This document shows positions 19,267 to 32,180 of a stretch of DNA of 64,000 nt, piece by piece (position 1 is the first letter of the stretch; each line of letters opens with the position of its first letter). The notes under the pieces were generated by a model, which saw only the letters and a program-made list of their open reading frames with translations, was not told the DNA's origin and did no database searches. The DNA comes from Deltaproteobacteria bacterium (GTDB lineage: Bacteria; Desulfobacterota; Deferrimicrobia; Deferrimicrobiales; Deferrimicrobiaceae), in NCBI GenBank assembly GCA_021815305.1, contig JAKAHC010000002.1:224112-288111 (forward strand), given 5' to 3'. The translations under genes were made by a program, and so were the position numbers.

Positions 19267-20813
19267 TCCCACTCGATGGTGCTGGGGGGCTTGGAGGAGA
19301 TGTCATACGCCACGCGGTTGATCCCCTTCACCTCGTTGATGATCCGGGTGGAGATCCGCTGCAGCAGGTCGTAGGGGAGGCGCACCCAGTCCGCCGTCAT
19401 CCCGTCCTGGCTCTGCACCGCCCGCACCGCGGCGACGTTTTCGTACGTCCGGAAGTCGCCCATCACCCCGACGGTCTTGATCGGGAGGAGGACGGCGAAG
19501 GATTGCCAGATCGACTCGTACAGCCCTGCCCCGCGGATCTCCTCGTCCACGATCGCGTCGGCATCGCGCAGAATCCGGAGCCTCTCCGGCGTGACCGGCC
19601 CGATGATGCGCACCGCGAGCCCCGGTCCCGGGAACGGCTGCCGGTCGAGGACGTGTGGCGGCACGCCGAGCTCGCGCCCCAGCTCCCGCACCTCGTCCTT
19701 GAAAAGCTCCCGCAACGGCTCGATCAGCTTGAGGTGCATCTTCTCCGGAAGCCCGCCGACATTGTGGTGGGACTTGATCACGGCGGAGGGTCCTTTGAAG
19801 GAGACGCTTTCGATCACGTCGGGGTAGAGGGTTCCCTGGCCGAGAAACGCGACGCCCCGGATTTTCCGGGCCGATTCCTCGAAGACCCGCACGAACAGCT
19901 CCCCGATGATCTTCCGCTTCCGTTCCGGGTCCTCCACGTCCGTGAGCGCCGTAAGGAACGTCTCCGCCGCGTCCACGTACTCGAGGTGCAGTCCGATGGC
20001 GTCCCGGAAGGTGTGGATCACCTCCTCCGCCTCCCCTTTCCGCAGCAGCCCGTTGTTCACGAAGATGCAGGTGAGCCGGTCCCCGATCGCCTTGTGGAGG
20101 AGGATCGCCGCGACGGAGGAATCCACTCCCCCCGACAGCCCGAGGACCACCCCTTCGCCTCCGACCTCCTCCCGGATCTTTTTCACGCTGCCCTCCACGA
20201 AGGAGTGCATCGTCCACGCCGGGTCGAGGCCGCACACCCGGAAAAGGAAATTCGCGAGGATTTCCTTCCCCCGCGGGGTGTGGACCACCTCGGGATGGAA
20301 CTGGACTCCGAAGAGCGTACCCTCGTGATTCGATATGGCCGCCACGGGGGAATTGTCGGAGCGTGCGATCGAGGAGAACCCGGCCGGAAGCCGCTCGATC
20401 CGGTCTCCGTGGCTCATCCAGACGGGGATCTCCATGCCGTGGCGGAACTCCTCGATCCCGAGGAACAGGGGACTGCCCCACTGTCCGCGGATGTTGGCGA
20501 TCCCGTACTCCCGCTCCGCCGACCGCCCGACCTTTCCGCCGAGCAGGTCCGCGATCAGCTGCATCCCGTAGCAGATTCCCAGCACGGGAACCCCCAGATC
20601 GAGGACCTCCCGGGAAATCCTGGGCGCGTCTTCCTCGTATACGCTGGAGGGGCCGCCGGAGAGGATGATACCCGCGGGGCGGAAGGAGCGGATGAACTCC
20701 ATCCCCGCGCTGAAGGGGTGGATCTCGCTGTAGACGCGCTGCTCCCGTACCCGGCGGGCGATGAGCATCGTGTACTGCGACCCGAAGTCGAGGATGAGGA
20801 TCTTCCCTTCCAA
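19263..20813 (-). CDS. guaA: GMP synthase (glutamine-hydrolysing).
   Basis: A glutamine amidotransferase domain ([19 protein letters not shown]) and an ATP-pyrophosphatase domain (SGGVDSSV) are present. A TTG start lies 5 nt after the guaB stop with GGTGGAG upstream. The track's 1030-aa ORF is a spurious extension. Confidence 0.9.
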   Translation of the reverse strand: MEGKILILDFGSQYTMLIARRVREQRVYSEIHPFSAGMEFIRSFRPAGIILSGGPSSVYEEDAPRISREVLDLGVPVLGICYGMQLIADLLGGKVGRSAEREYGIANIRGQWGSPLFLGIEEFRHGMEIPVWMSHGDRIERLPAGFSSIARSDNSPVAAISNHEGTLFGVQFHPEVVHTPRGKEILANFLFRVCGLDPAWTMHSFVEGSVKKIREEVGGEGVVLGLSGGVDSSVAAILLHKAIGDRLTCIFVNNGLLRKGEAEEVIHTFRDAIGLHLEYVDAAETFLTALTDVEDPERKRKIIGELFVRVFEESARKIRGVAFLGQGTLYPDVIESVSFKGPSAVIKSHHNVGGLPEKMHLKLIEPLRELFKDEVRELGRELGVPPHVLDRQPFPGPGLAVRIIGPVTPERLRILRDADAIVDEEIRGAGLYESIWQSFAVLLPIKTVGVMGDFRTYENVAAVRAVQSQDGMTADWVRLPYDLLQRISTRIINEVKGINRVAYDISSKPPSTIEWE

Positions 20814-20818
20814 CTTCG

Positions 20819-23194
<2,376 letters not shown>

Positions 23195-23217
<23 letters not shown>

Positions 23218-24088
23218 CGGACTTTCCGTTCTCCTTTTCCGGAACAGGCGTCTCCCCTTCCGAGCGCTCCAGCACTCCGATGACGCTTGCCCCGTACAGG
23301 TAAGCCGCCGCGAAGAGGTAAGCTACGATTATAAAACAAATCAGGCTGAACAAGGAACCGTAAAGAAGGTTTAACCTGCTGAATTTCCTTACGTAAAACG
23401 TAAACCCGAACTTTACGGCCTGCTCCAGGATGAGAAACACGACCGTTCCGGCCAACGCGTTGCGGAGCCGGATCTTCCCCGGGGCGAGGAAACGGTAACT
23501 CAGGGCACTGCCAAGGAACAGGATCGCCGCCACGGCGATCGACCCGACCAGGTGCAACAGTGCGTGGACCGCGACGTCCAGGCGGGCCGAAAACCCCCTC
23601 GTCGCGTAGAACAGCCCTTCCCACAGGGGGGGGATCACGATCGCCGCGGCGGTCAGCAGGATCAGGACGAGCATGAAAACCACGTGAAACCCCAGGGAGT
23701 GCATGATCCGCTTCTGCCCCTTGCGCATCAGCATCACCGAAAGCGAGGTATGGATCGCTTCCGTCGCGTTGAACGAAGCGAACAGAAGCAGCAGGGATCC
23801 CGCGATGCCGAAAGCCCCTCTCGCCGCGAACAGGTGCTTCAGGTTGGGCACCAGGACCTGTGCGCCGTAGGGAAAATATTCCCGCAGGAATTCCGAGAGC
23901 TGCGAAAAGGGCAGTTCGTCCGTTCCGATGAAGAGCGAAGTGGCGGCGAAGGTGAGAAACAGGATCGGGACCGCGGACAGCAGGATGTTGAACGCGACCG
24001 CGGCGCTGTAGACCGACCCGTGGTTGCGGAAGAACAGGACGCCGCCTTCGCGGAACGCCCGCAAGGCTTTCGCCCGGCGATCGGTCAT
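23195..24088 (-). CDS. YihY/BrkB-family inner-membrane protein.
   Basis: About six predicted TM helices lie across 297 aa with the YihY-like pattern. The ATG at 24088 overlaps the der stop (ATGA). Confidence 0.7.
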
Positions 24089-25407
24089 CGTTCCCTGTAG
24101 ACGATGCGGACGGGGACGCCTTCGAATCCGAACCGGTCCCGGATCTTGTTCTGGAGGTAGCGGGTGAAGGAGTCGGGGATCCCGCGCCGATCCTTCACGA
24201 AGACGGCGAAGGAGGGAGGCGCGACACCCGCCTGGGTGATGTAGAAGGCACGATTCCTGCCTCTCTGCGACGGGATCGGCACCGTGTAGAGGAACGCCTG
24301 TGCCATCCGGTTGAGCAGGCCCGTGGGGACGCGGTGATGGAAATTCGCGATCGCCTCCTCGATCTTCCGGAACAGGAGGGGAAACCCTTTCCCCGTGGGG
24401 GCCGCAGTGGGAACCACGGGGGCGAACGAGACGTACTCGAGCCCCTCCTGGATCCCCCGCAACCCCTTGCGCCGCTCTTCCGGCCCCGGCCATTGGTCGT
24501 CCTTGTTCGCCGCCACGACCACCGCGCGCTCCTCGTCCAGGATGTATCGGAGGATCTGCCGATCCTGGTGCCCCAGCCCCGAAGGGGCGTCGATCAGCAG
24601 GACGGCCAGTTCGCATCGCTTGAGGGAGTCCAGGCTCTTGATCACCGAGAACTTCTCGATGACGTCCTCCGTCTTGCGCTTCGCGCGGATCCCGGCCGTG
24701 TCGATCAGCAGGTATCGCCTGCCGTCCCGGTGGACCATCACGTCGATGGCGTCCCGGGTCGTTCCCGGCTGCTCGGATGCGATGACCCGGTCGAAGCCCG
24801 CCAGGGTGTTCACAAGGGTGGATTTTCCCACGTTGGGACGCCCGACGATCGCGATCCGGGGAACGGCGTCCGAATCCCCGGGCGCTTCCCCTCCGAAGTC
24901 CGCTTCCGGCATCCGGGAGACGATCTCCTCGAGGATCTCCGAGACACCGGTCCCGTGCTCGGCGGAGACGGGGTAGATCCGCTCCACGGAGAGGGCGTGG
25001 AACTGCTCGACCCCCCCGCGACCTTCCGTGGCGTCCACCTTGTTCGCCGCCAGGAGGAACGGCTTCTCGCGCTCCCGGAGCATCCCGGCGATCTCCTTGT
25101 CCAGAGGAAGGAGCCCGTCGCGGGAATCCACGAGGAAGACGACCAGGTCGGACTCGTAGACGGCCCGCAGGACCTGCCCCCGGACCTTGGAGAGGATGTC
25201 GTCGTCCCCCCCGGGCAGGTAACCGCCCGTGTCGATCAGCCGGAACCTGCGCCCGTCGTACTCCACCGGCTGCGCCACCAGGTCGCGCGTGATCCCCGGC
25301 TGGTCGAAGGTGATGGCGCGACGCTTCCCCGCGATCCTGTTGAACAGGGTCGACTTTCCCACGTTCGGGCGCCCCACGAGCGCCACCGTGAACTCACCCC
25401 GGCTCAT
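24085..25407 (-). CDS. der: Ribosome-associated GTPase Der (EngA).
   Basis: Two tandem G-domains (GRPNVGKSTLFN and GRPNVGKSTL) precede a KH-like C-terminus. Confidence 0.9.
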   Translation of the reverse strand: MSRGEFTVALVGRPNVGKSTLFNRIAGKRRAITFDQPGITRDLVAQPVEYDGRRFRLIDTGGYLPGGDDDILSKVRGQVLRAVYESDLVVFLVDSRDGLLPLDKEIAGMLREREKPFLLAANKVDATEGRGGVEQFHALSVERIYPVSAEHGTGVSEILEEIVSRMPEADFGGEAPGDSDAVPRIAIVGRPNVGKSTLVNTLAGFDRVIASEQPGTTRDAIDVMVHRDGRRYLLIDTAGIRAKRKTEDVIEKFSVIKSLDSLKRCELAVLLIDAPSGLGHQDRQILRYILDEERAVVVAANKDDQWPGPEERRKGLRGIQEGLEYVSFAPVVPTAAPTGKGFPLLFRKIEEAIANFHHRVPTGLLNRMAQAFLYTVPIPSQRGRNRAFYITQAGVAPPSFAVFVKDRRGIPDSFTRYLQNKIRDRFGFEGVPVRIVYRER

Positions 25408-26290
25408 ATCCCAGGCGCCTCAGCATGGATTCGCTCCGCGACCAATCCCTCTCGACCTTCACGAACAGCTCCAAGTATACCCGCGCACCGGTCTCTTTCT
25501 CCAGTTCCAGCCGCGCGGCGGTCCCCGCCTTCTTCAGGAGCGTCCCGCCCCTGCCGATCACGATCCCTTTCTGTGACTCGCGTTCCACAAGCACATCCGC
25601 CCGGATGCGCACGAGGTTCTTTTCCGGCTCCTCCCGGTACTCCTCGATGTTCACCGCGACGCTGTACGGGATCTCCTCCTCGAGCTGCGAGAAAAGCTTC
25701 TCCCGGATCACTTCCTTGGCGATGAAGCGCATCGGCAGATCGGTCAAGTCCTCCTCCGGGTAGAAAGCCGGGCCTTCCGGGAGGCGCGCGAACAGGGCGG
25801 ACAGGAATCCGCCCACACCGGTCCCCTTCGCCGCCGATACGAGGAAGGAGTCCGCGTAGAACCCGCCACGGACCAGTTCGACGCGGCGCGCGTCGGCGGC
25901 CGTCTCCCCCATCCGGTCGATCTTGTTCACCACCAGGAGCTTCGGAACCGGCAGATTCGCAAGGATCCCGCGTACTAGGGCGTCCTCTCCACCCGCGCCG
26001 ACGGGACGGTCGTCCACCAGGTGCGCGACGATGTCGGCTTCCTCGCCGATCCGTTGCGCGGTGCGCACCATGTAGGAGTTCAGGGCCCGCTGCGGCCTGT
26101 GGATCCCCGGGCTGTCGAGGAAGACGATCTGCCCGCGCTCCTCCGAGCGGATCCCGGCGATCCGGTCCCGGGTGGTCTGCGGCTTCGGAGTGACGATGGC
26201 GATCTTCGCGCCCAGGATCCGGTTCATCAGGGTGGACTTGCCCACGTTCGGGCGTCCGAGCAGGGCGACGAACCCCGATTTGCGGTTCAC
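25394..26290 (-). CDS. era: GTPase Era.
   Basis: A G-domain (GRPNVGKSTLMN, DSPG) precedes a KH domain. The GTG start overlaps the rnc stop (GTGA) and has AAGGAGA 5 nt upstream. Confidence 0.9.
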   Translation of the reverse strand: MNRKSGFVALLGRPNVGKSTLMNRILGAKIAIVTPKPQTTRDRIAGIRSEERGQIVFLDSPGIHRPQRALNSYMVRTAQRIGEEADIVAHLVDDRPVGAGGEDALVRGILANLPVPKLLVVNKIDRMGETAADARRVELVRGGFYADSFLVSAAKGTGVGGFLSALFARLPEGPAFYPEEDLTDLPMRFIAKEVIREKLFSQLEEEIPYSVAVNIEEYREEPEKNLVRIRADVLVERESQKGIVIGRGGTLLKKAGTAARLELEKETGARVYLELFVKVERDWSRSESMLRRLGYEPG

Positions 26291-26982
26291 AGGGTCTCCT
26301 TGCCCGAGGCGTCGAGTCGGGAGATCATCCCCGCTGCGGCCGCCATCTCCGCATCCTTCTTCGAGCTGCCCCGCCCTTGCGCGGGAGAGTGCCCCGCGAG
26401 CAGGACCTCCACGCGGAACTCCCGCGCGTGGTCCGGGCCATCGGAGGAGAGAAGCCGGTAGACCGGCAGGGGGATCCGTTCCCGCTGGCACCACTCCTGG
26501 AGGCGGGACTTCGCGTCGAAACCTTCGACCAGCGTGCCCATCAGGTCCGCAAGCCGGAAGTGCCCGTGGACGAAATCGATTGCGGCGGCGTACCCGCCGT
26601 CGAGGAAGATCGCACCGACGATCGCCTCCACCGCATCCGCCGCCATCTTCCGGGTAACGCCGATCCCTTTCCTGCGAACGGCGGGATCGATGGAGAGCGA
26701 TGCCGGCACGCCGATGCGTTCCCCCACCCGCTGGAGGTTCCGGTTGTTGATGACCGCGGCGCGGGCCTTCGTGAGCACCCCTTCCCCCGCCAGCGGCAGC
26801 ATGCGGTACATCTCGTGGGCGATGCACAGGTTGAGCACCGAATCGCCGAGGAACTCGAGCCGTTCGTACGACCGCTTCCCGTCGCCGAGGGTCGGGACGG
26901 AACCGTGGCGCAACGCCTCGGCCAGCAGTTCCGGTGCCCGGAACCTGTAGCCGATCCGATCCTCAATCTCCGTCGCGGCCAA
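26287..26982 (-). CDS. rnc: Ribonuclease III.
   Basis: The RNase III signature ERLEFLGDSVL and a dsRBD C-terminus are present. Confidence 0.9.
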   Translation of the reverse strand: MAATEIEDRIGYRFRAPELLAEALRHGSVPTLGDGKRSYERLEFLGDSVLNLCIAHEMYRMLPLAGEGVLTKARAAVINNRNLQRVGERIGVPASLSIDPAVRRKGIGVTRKMAADAVEAIVGAIFLDGGYAAAIDFVHGHFRLADLMGTLVEGFDAKSRLQEWCQRERIPLPVYRLLSSDGPDHAREFRVEVLLAGHSPAQGRGSSKKDAEMAAAAGMISRLDASGKETL

Positions 26983-28270
26983 CCGCAGCCCTTCCTTTCA
27001 GCAACGTCCCCTGCATCTCGTGGACGCGTACCGGAACCAGCTCTCCCATTCGCGCGCCGAAGGCCTCGAAGAGCACCTCGACGTAATTCTCCGATGTGCC
27101 CAGGTACCCTCCGGCGCCGGCGTCGCCGGTTTCCGTCACCACCGTCAGGATCTTGCCGATCTGCCCCTCGAGATACCGGCTCCGCATCGCCCTGTCCGAA
27201 TCCCGCAGCGCCGCAACACGCCCCTTCTTCTCCGCCGCGGACACGTCGTCGGTCCAGCCGGCGCTCTCCGTCCCCGCCCGGCGGGAGTACGGGAACGCGT
27301 GGAGGTAGCTCAACGGGGAGTCGCCCAGCAGGCGCTGCGTCTCCCGGAAATCGTCGGCGGTTTCCCCGGGGAACCCCGCGATCACGTCGGCTCCGAGGCG
27401 GATCCCCGGGATTTCCCGGCGGAGCATGTCCAGTCTCGCACGATATTGCCTCGAGGTATACGGGCGGCGCATCCGTTGGAGCACCCGGTCCGAACCGCTC
27501 TGCAGGGGAACGTGGAGGTGGGGGCACAGCCGCGGTTCTGCGGCGAGGATCGCCACGAGCCGCGACGTGACCTCGAGCGGTTCGACGGACCCGAGACGGA
27601 ACCGGCACCGCGACGTCGCGGCGAGGAGCGCCGCGATCAGGACGGCCAGGCCGTTCCTCTCCCCGCGGTCGGCCCCGTACCTGCCGACGTGGATTCCGGT
27701 CAGGACGAGTTCGTTCGCCCCTTCCTCCTCCGCGCGCACGGCGCGGTCGACGACCTCGCGCAGAGGCAACGACCGGCTCGCCCCCCGGGCCTTCGGGACG
27801 ATGCAGTAGGCGCAGGAGGCTTCGCACCCGTCCTGCACCTTGAGGAAGGTGCGGTGGCGACCCAGGAGGAGGTGGGCGTGGTACTCCGACAACGCATCCT
27901 CCCGGCGGGATCCGCCTCCTCCGAGGAACCGCAGGAGGTCTTCCAGGGCCGAGGGCTCGCGGATGCCCACCCAATGATCCACCTCGGGAATGTCGTCCCG
28001 GTCCTCCTGGGCGACCTCCGCGTAGCAACCGGTCATGATGAGGACGGCGCCCGGATTCTCCCGGCGCAGGCGCCTCGCAATGGCGCGCGAATCCCGGTCG
28101 GCCCGATGGGTGACGGTGCAGCCGTTGACGACGAGTACGTCGGCGGGTCCGTGCCCCGGGACGGCCTCGAACCCGGCGCGGTGGGCCTTGTCGAGGATGC
28201 CGGCGGAGTCGGCGAAATTCGCCTTGCAGCCGACCGTTACGACCGCGAGGCGTTTGCGCATTCGATCCAT
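26963..28270 (-). CDS. mtaB: MiaB-like tRNA methylthiotransferase (MtaB family).
   Basis: An MTTase N-domain (VVTVGCKANFADS), a radical-SAM motif CEASCAYC and a TRAM domain are present. The start was chosen at the ATG at 28270. The track ORF has a spurious 212-aa extension. Confidence 0.8.
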   Translation of the reverse strand: MDRMRKRLAVVTVGCKANFADSAGILDKAHRAGFEAVPGHGPADVLVVNGCTVTHRADRDSRAIARRLRRENPGAVLIMTGCYAEVAQEDRDDIPEVDHWVGIREPSALEDLLRFLGGGGSRREDALSEYHAHLLLGRHRTFLKVQDGCEASCAYCIVPKARGASRSLPLREVVDRAVRAEEEGANELVLTGIHVGRYGADRGERNGLAVLIAALLAATSRCRFRLGSVEPLEVTSRLVAILAAEPRLCPHLHVPLQSGSDRVLQRMRRPYTSRQYRARLDMLRREIPGIRLGADVIAGFPGETADDFRETQRLLGDSPLSYLHAFPYSRRAGTESAGWTDDVSAAEKKGRVAALRDSDRAMRSRYLEGQIGKILTVVTETGDAGAGGYLGTSENYVEVLFEAFGARMGELVPVRVHEMQGTLLKGRAAVGRDGD

Positions 28271-29325
28271 CCGCCGCCCAAAACTTCGTTGCCGTCGTAG
28301 AGCACCAAAGCCTGTCCGGGGGTCACGCTGCGTTGCGGAGCGTCGAACCGGACCTGGAGGCGTTCCCCGGCCACGCGCACCGTGCACGGCGCCCCGGGGT
28401 GGCGATACCGGACCTTGGCGGCGGCCCGAAACTTTTCCCCCGGCGGATTCCCGGCGACGAACGACGGGATGGCGATCGTGGCCTCCCCGGAAAAAATGTC
28501 GCTTTCGGTCCCTAGGACGATCTCGTTGCGCTCCGCGTCGATGGCGACCACGTAGAGCGGCTCCTTCGAGGCGATCCCCAGCCCCTTGCGCTGGCCGACC
28601 GTGTAGTGGAGGACCCCCTTGTGATTTCCGAGGAAGTTCCCCTCCCGGTCCACGAAGCGTCCCCGATCTTCCCGGATCCCCTTGCTCTCGAGGAACCGCG
28701 TGTACGAATCGTCCGTGACGAAACAGATGTCCTGGCTCTCCTTCTTCTCGTATACCGGCAGCCCCGCGCCGAGCGCGATGCGCCGGACCTCGTTCTTTCT
28801 CATCTCTCCCACGGGGAACCGGATCCTCCGGAGGCGGTCGCTGTCCAGGGAGAAGAGGAAGTACGATTGGTCCTTCGAAGCGTCCGGCGAGGCGAACAAC
28901 CGGCACCGCCCGTCCTCTTCCCTGCCGATCACGGCGTAATGCCCCGTGGCCACCCCCTCAGCCCCCAGTTCGTCCGCCTTGCGCAGCAACGCCCGGAATT
29001 TCAGGTGCTCGTTGCAAAGGATGCAGGGGTTCGGCGTCCTTCCGGCGACGTACTGCCGGATGAACGGGTCGACCACCTCCCGGCGGAACTCGTCGCGCAG
29101 GTTCAGCACGTAGTACGGAATCCCCAGCGTGTCGCACACGCGCCTTGCGTCGTACAGGTCGTCCAGGGAGCAGCAGGTCCCCTCGCGGTCGCGGGTCACC
29201 TTCGAATAGTCGTAGAGGTCCATCGAGACGCCGATGACCTCCCATCCTTCCCGCTGCAGGAGGAGCGCAGCCACGGAAGAATCCACCCCGCCGCTCATCG
29301 CCGCCAGGATCCGCCTTTTGCTCAT
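28237..29325 (-). CDS. mnmA: tRNA-specific 2-thiouridylase.
   Basis: The PP-loop [13 protein letters not shown] is followed by NPCILCN. The start is the ATG at 29325. Confidence 0.9.
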   Translation of the reverse strand: MSKRRILAAMSGGVDSSVAALLLQREGWEVIGVSMDLYDYSKVTRDREGTCCSLDDLYDARRVCDTLGIPYYVLNLRDEFRREVVDPFIRQYVAGRTPNPCILCNEHLKFRALLRKADELGAEGVATGHYAVIGREEDGRCRLFASPDASKDQSYFLFSLDSDRLRRIRFPVGEMRKNEVRRIALGAGLPVYEKKESQDICFVTDDSYTRFLESKGIREDRGRFVDREGNFLGNHKGVLHYTVGQRKGLGIASKEPLYVVAIDAERNEIVLGTESDIFSGEATIAIPSFVAGNPPGEKFRAAAKVRYRHPGAPCTVRVAGERLQVRFDAPQRSVTPGQALVLYDGNEVLGGGWIECANASRS

Positions 29326-29401
29326 CGACCATGCCTCAACATCAGTTGTTGCGCAGGGCGTGGCGTAGTGGAAGCCGCCCGCGAGCCCGAAAGCGACATC
29401 G

Positions 29402-30574
29402 TCACATTGCCTCCCGGGGGTGGTAGAGCGGCGACATCGCCCGCAGCTTGGCAACCACCCGTTCCACGGCGTCGACCGAGTACGAAACGTCCTCTTCCGT
29501 GTTCCCCAACCCCAGCGAAAACCGCAGGGCCCCCTGTGCGTCCGTGGGGTCGGCCCCCATCGCAAGGAGGATCGGCGACGCCTCCATCGACCCCGAGGTG
29601 CAGGCGGACCCGGAAGAGCAGGCGATTCCGAGCATGTCGAGGTTCAGCAGCAGCGCCTCGCCTTCCACGTACCGGAAGGAGAGGTTCACCGTGTTCGGGA
29701 GCCGCTTCGTGGGGTGGCCGTTCAGGACCAGGTCCGGGATCCGGTCGAACAGCGCGCGTTCGAAGGTGTCCCGGAGCCCGCGGACCTGCGCCACCTCGGC
29801 GTCCATGTTCTTGCGCAGAAGGGAGAAGGCGGTCCCCATCCCGACGATCCCGACAACGTTCTCGGTCCCGCCGCGCCTCCCCCGCTCCTGGTGTCCGCCG
29901 TGGACCACGGGCGACAGTTCCAGTCCCTTCCGGACAAGGAGCCCTCCCGCTCCCTTGAGCCCGTTGATCTTGTGGCCGGAGAAGGTGAGCAGGTCCACCG
30001 GCAACGTTTCCCAGGGAAGCGGGATCTTGCCGGTGGCCTGGACCGCGTCGGTGTGCACCAGGATGCCCGCGCCCTTTGCGATCTCGCCGATCTCCCCGAT
30101 GGGCATGAGGCAACCCGTCTCGTTGTTCGCCGCCATGATGGAGACGAGGATCGTGTCCGCCGCAAGGGCCTCCCGCACGCTTTCCGGATCGACGATCCCC
30201 TGGCGGTTCACCGGAACATAGGTGACGCGGAACCCCTGGGTCTCGAGGAACCTGCACGTGTTGATGATCGCCGGGTGCTCGACCTGGGAGGTGACGATGT
30301 GCTTCCCCGCGTTCCCCTCGAGGTACGCCACCCCTTTCAGGGCGAGATTGTCCGCTTCGGTCCCCGAGCTGGTGAGTACGACCTCCAGCGGGCGGCAGCC
30401 GTAGAAGGCGGCCATCTCCTCCCGCGCGTCCTCGACCGCCTTCCGGACGTCGCGGCCCGCCCAGTGGATGCTGGACGGATTGCCGAAACTCCCCCCGAGG
30501 AACGGCTGCACGGCGGCGGCCACCTCCGGGTGCACCGGGGTCGTGGCGTTGTGGTCGAAGTACACCTTCCTCAC
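29402..30574 (-). CDS. iscS: Cysteine desulfurase (IscS/NifS).
   Basis: The ORF contains VYFDHNATTP, a PLP lysine in SGHK and an active-site SSGSACTS. A GTG start with GGAAGGAGG upstream overlaps the iscR stop (GTGA). Confidence 0.85.
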   Translation of the reverse strand: MRKVYFDHNATTPVHPEVAAAVQPFLGGSFGNPSSIHWAGRDVRKAVEDAREEMAAFYGCRPLEVVLTSSGTEADNLALKGVAYLEGNAGKHIVTSQVEHPAIINTCRFLETQGFRVTYVPVNRQGIVDPESVREALAADTILVSIMAANNETGCLMPIGEIGEIAKGAGILVHTDAVQATGKIPLPWETLPVDLLTFSGHKINGLKGAGGLLVRKGLELSPVVHGGHQERGRRGGTENVVGIVGMGTAFSLLRKNMDAEVAQVRGLRDTFERALFDRIPDLVLNGHPTKRLPNTVNLSFRYVEGEALLLNLDMLGIACSSGSACTSGSMEASPILLAMGADPTDAQGALRFSLGLGNTEEDVSYSVDAVERVVAKLRAMSPLYHPREAM

Positions 30575-31002
30575 GCACCTGCCTCCTTCCGCGACCCTTC
30601 CGGCTCCCGGAACAGGTCCTCCACGGACATCGAGTCGAGAAACTCCTCGATCCGCGCCTCGAGGGCGTCCCACATCCCCTGCGTCCGGCACTTCTCGATC
30701 ATGCTGCACCGGCGCCCCGCCTGGCGGCATCCGATCCGGGCCGGCCGCCCCTCCGCGGTGCGGATGATCTCCCCCACCGTGATCTCGCCCGGATGACGGG
30801 CGAGGATGAAACCTCCCCCGGGGCCGCGGACGCTTTTCACGATGTTTTTCTTCCGCAGCCTAAGGAACAACTGCTGCAGGTACGGCTCCGGGATCGTCTC
30901 CTGTTTCGCGAGCGCCTGGATCGGCACCGGGTTCCCCCGCGAAGACGCGGCCAGCGCCACCATCGCCATCACGGCGTATCTCCCCTTGCTGGTGATCTTC
31001 AC
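30571..31002 (-). CDS. iscR: Rrf2-family Fe-S cluster assembly regulator IscR.
   Basis: The N-terminus reads [13 protein letters not shown]. Three Cys are spaced C-x5-C-x5-C ([14 protein letters not shown]) for cluster ligation. The start is a GTG at 31002. Confidence 0.8.
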   Translation of the reverse strand: MKITSKGRYAVMAMVALAASSRGNPVPIQALAKQETIPEPYLQQLFLRLRKKNIVKSVRGPGGGFILARHPGEITVGEIIRTAEGRPARIGCRQAGRRCSMIEKCRTQGMWDALEARIEEFLDSMSVEDLFREPEGSRKEAGA

Positions 31003-31688
31003 GATGCGGACCTCGCCGCGGGGGCCGATTCCTTTTTCCGCTCCTCTTTCAGATCGTTCGCAAGCTCCTCCACGCGTTTCTCCAGGGCGAAGAGCTGGTC
31101 GGTCAGGCACTGGATCGCCTTTCCTTCCGGGTCCGGGGTGCCGGCCACCCCGGTTGCGTCGCTGTAGACGTTCCCTTCGCGGAAGACGACACGGCCCGGG
31201 ATGCCCACCACGGTGGAATTCGGGGGAACCTCCTTGTTGACCACGGAACCGGACCCGATCTTCGAGTCCCTCCCGATCCGTATCGGCCCGAGGATGGATG
31301 CGCCCGCCCCCACGATCACGTTGTCCTCGAGGGTGGGGTGCCGTTTCCCCTTGTTCCAGCTGGTGCCGCCCAGGGTCACCCCGTGGTACAGGGTCACGTT
31401 GTTCCCGATCTCGGTCGTCTCGCCGATCACCACGCCCATGCCGTGGTCGATGAAAAACCCCTCTCCGATCGCCGCGCCGGGATGGATCTCGATCCCGGTG
31501 AGCCAGCGCGAGACATGGGAAAGGAACCGCGCCGGCACCTTGAATTCGTGCGTCCACAACCAATGTGCGAGGTGGTGGAACCGCATGGCGTGAAACCCGG
31601 GGTAGCACAACAGGATTTCGAGGACGCTGCGCGCCGCGGGGTCCCTCTCGAAGATGACCTTGATGTCGTTCCGCACCGATCGAAACAT
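30999..31688 (-). CDS. cysE: Serine O-acetyltransferase.
   Basis: A SATase N-domain precedes hexapeptide repeats ([28 protein letters not shown]). Confidence 0.85.
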   Translation of the reverse strand: MFRSVRNDIKVIFERDPAARSVLEILLCYPGFHAMRFHHLAHWLWTHEFKVPARFLSHVSRWLTGIEIHPGAAIGEGFFIDHGMGVVIGETTEIGNNVTLYHGVTLGGTSWNKGKRHPTLEDNVIVGAGASILGPIRIGRDSKIGSGSVVNKEVPPNSTVVGIPGRVVFREGNVYSDATGVAGTPDPEGKAIQCLTDQLFALEKRVEELANDLKEERKKESAPAARSAS

Positions 31689-31724
31689 TTCCCCCCCTCC
31701 GGAACGAATATCAGACCGAATAGG

Positions 31725-32180
31725 TCAATTATTTGATATTCCGGCAAGAAAGGGAAGGATTTTTTTCAACCGTTTCTCCTTGATCCCCGGTACCGACAGG
31801 AGGTCGTCCGGAGAACGGAACCCGCCTTTGCGCTTCCGCTCCGCCACCATGGCGGCGGCCACCGAATCGGAGATCCCGGGAAGGCCCGAGATTTCTTCCA
31901 AGGAAGCCTTATTTATATCTATTCGTTTCCCAAGAAGATATTTCTGGCGCGCAGTGAGGGGGCCGTGCCGGGCGCTTGCGTTCCTTTCAGGGGAGGAATC
32001 GATGCCGGGAAACGAAGCGGCGAGGGCGGCAGGAGCCGCGGAAGGCCCGGATGGAGCGGAAGGATGCGTAAGGAACTGTCGACCCGTGGCCACGGTATTC
32101 CAGACCAACACAATCAGGGAAAGGAGGAGATACGCCCTGCCCCTTGGGTCGTCACTCTCCCTGTTCTCCTCCTTCCGCAA
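31725..32180 (-). CDS. comEA: ComEA-like helix-hairpin-helix DNA-binding protein.
   Basis: An N-terminal TM segment precedes a C-terminal HhH pair (INKASLEEISGLPGI...LLSVPGIKEKRLKKI). The TTG start at 32180 has GGAGGA 6 nt upstream. Confidence 0.65.
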   Translation of the reverse strand: MRKEENRESDDPRGRAYLLLSLIVLVWNTVATGRQFLTHPSAPSGPSAAPAALAASFPGIDSSPERNASARHGPLTARQKYLLGKRIDINKASLEEISGLPGISDSVAAAMVAERKRKGGFRSPDDLLSVPGIKEKRLKKILPFLAGISNN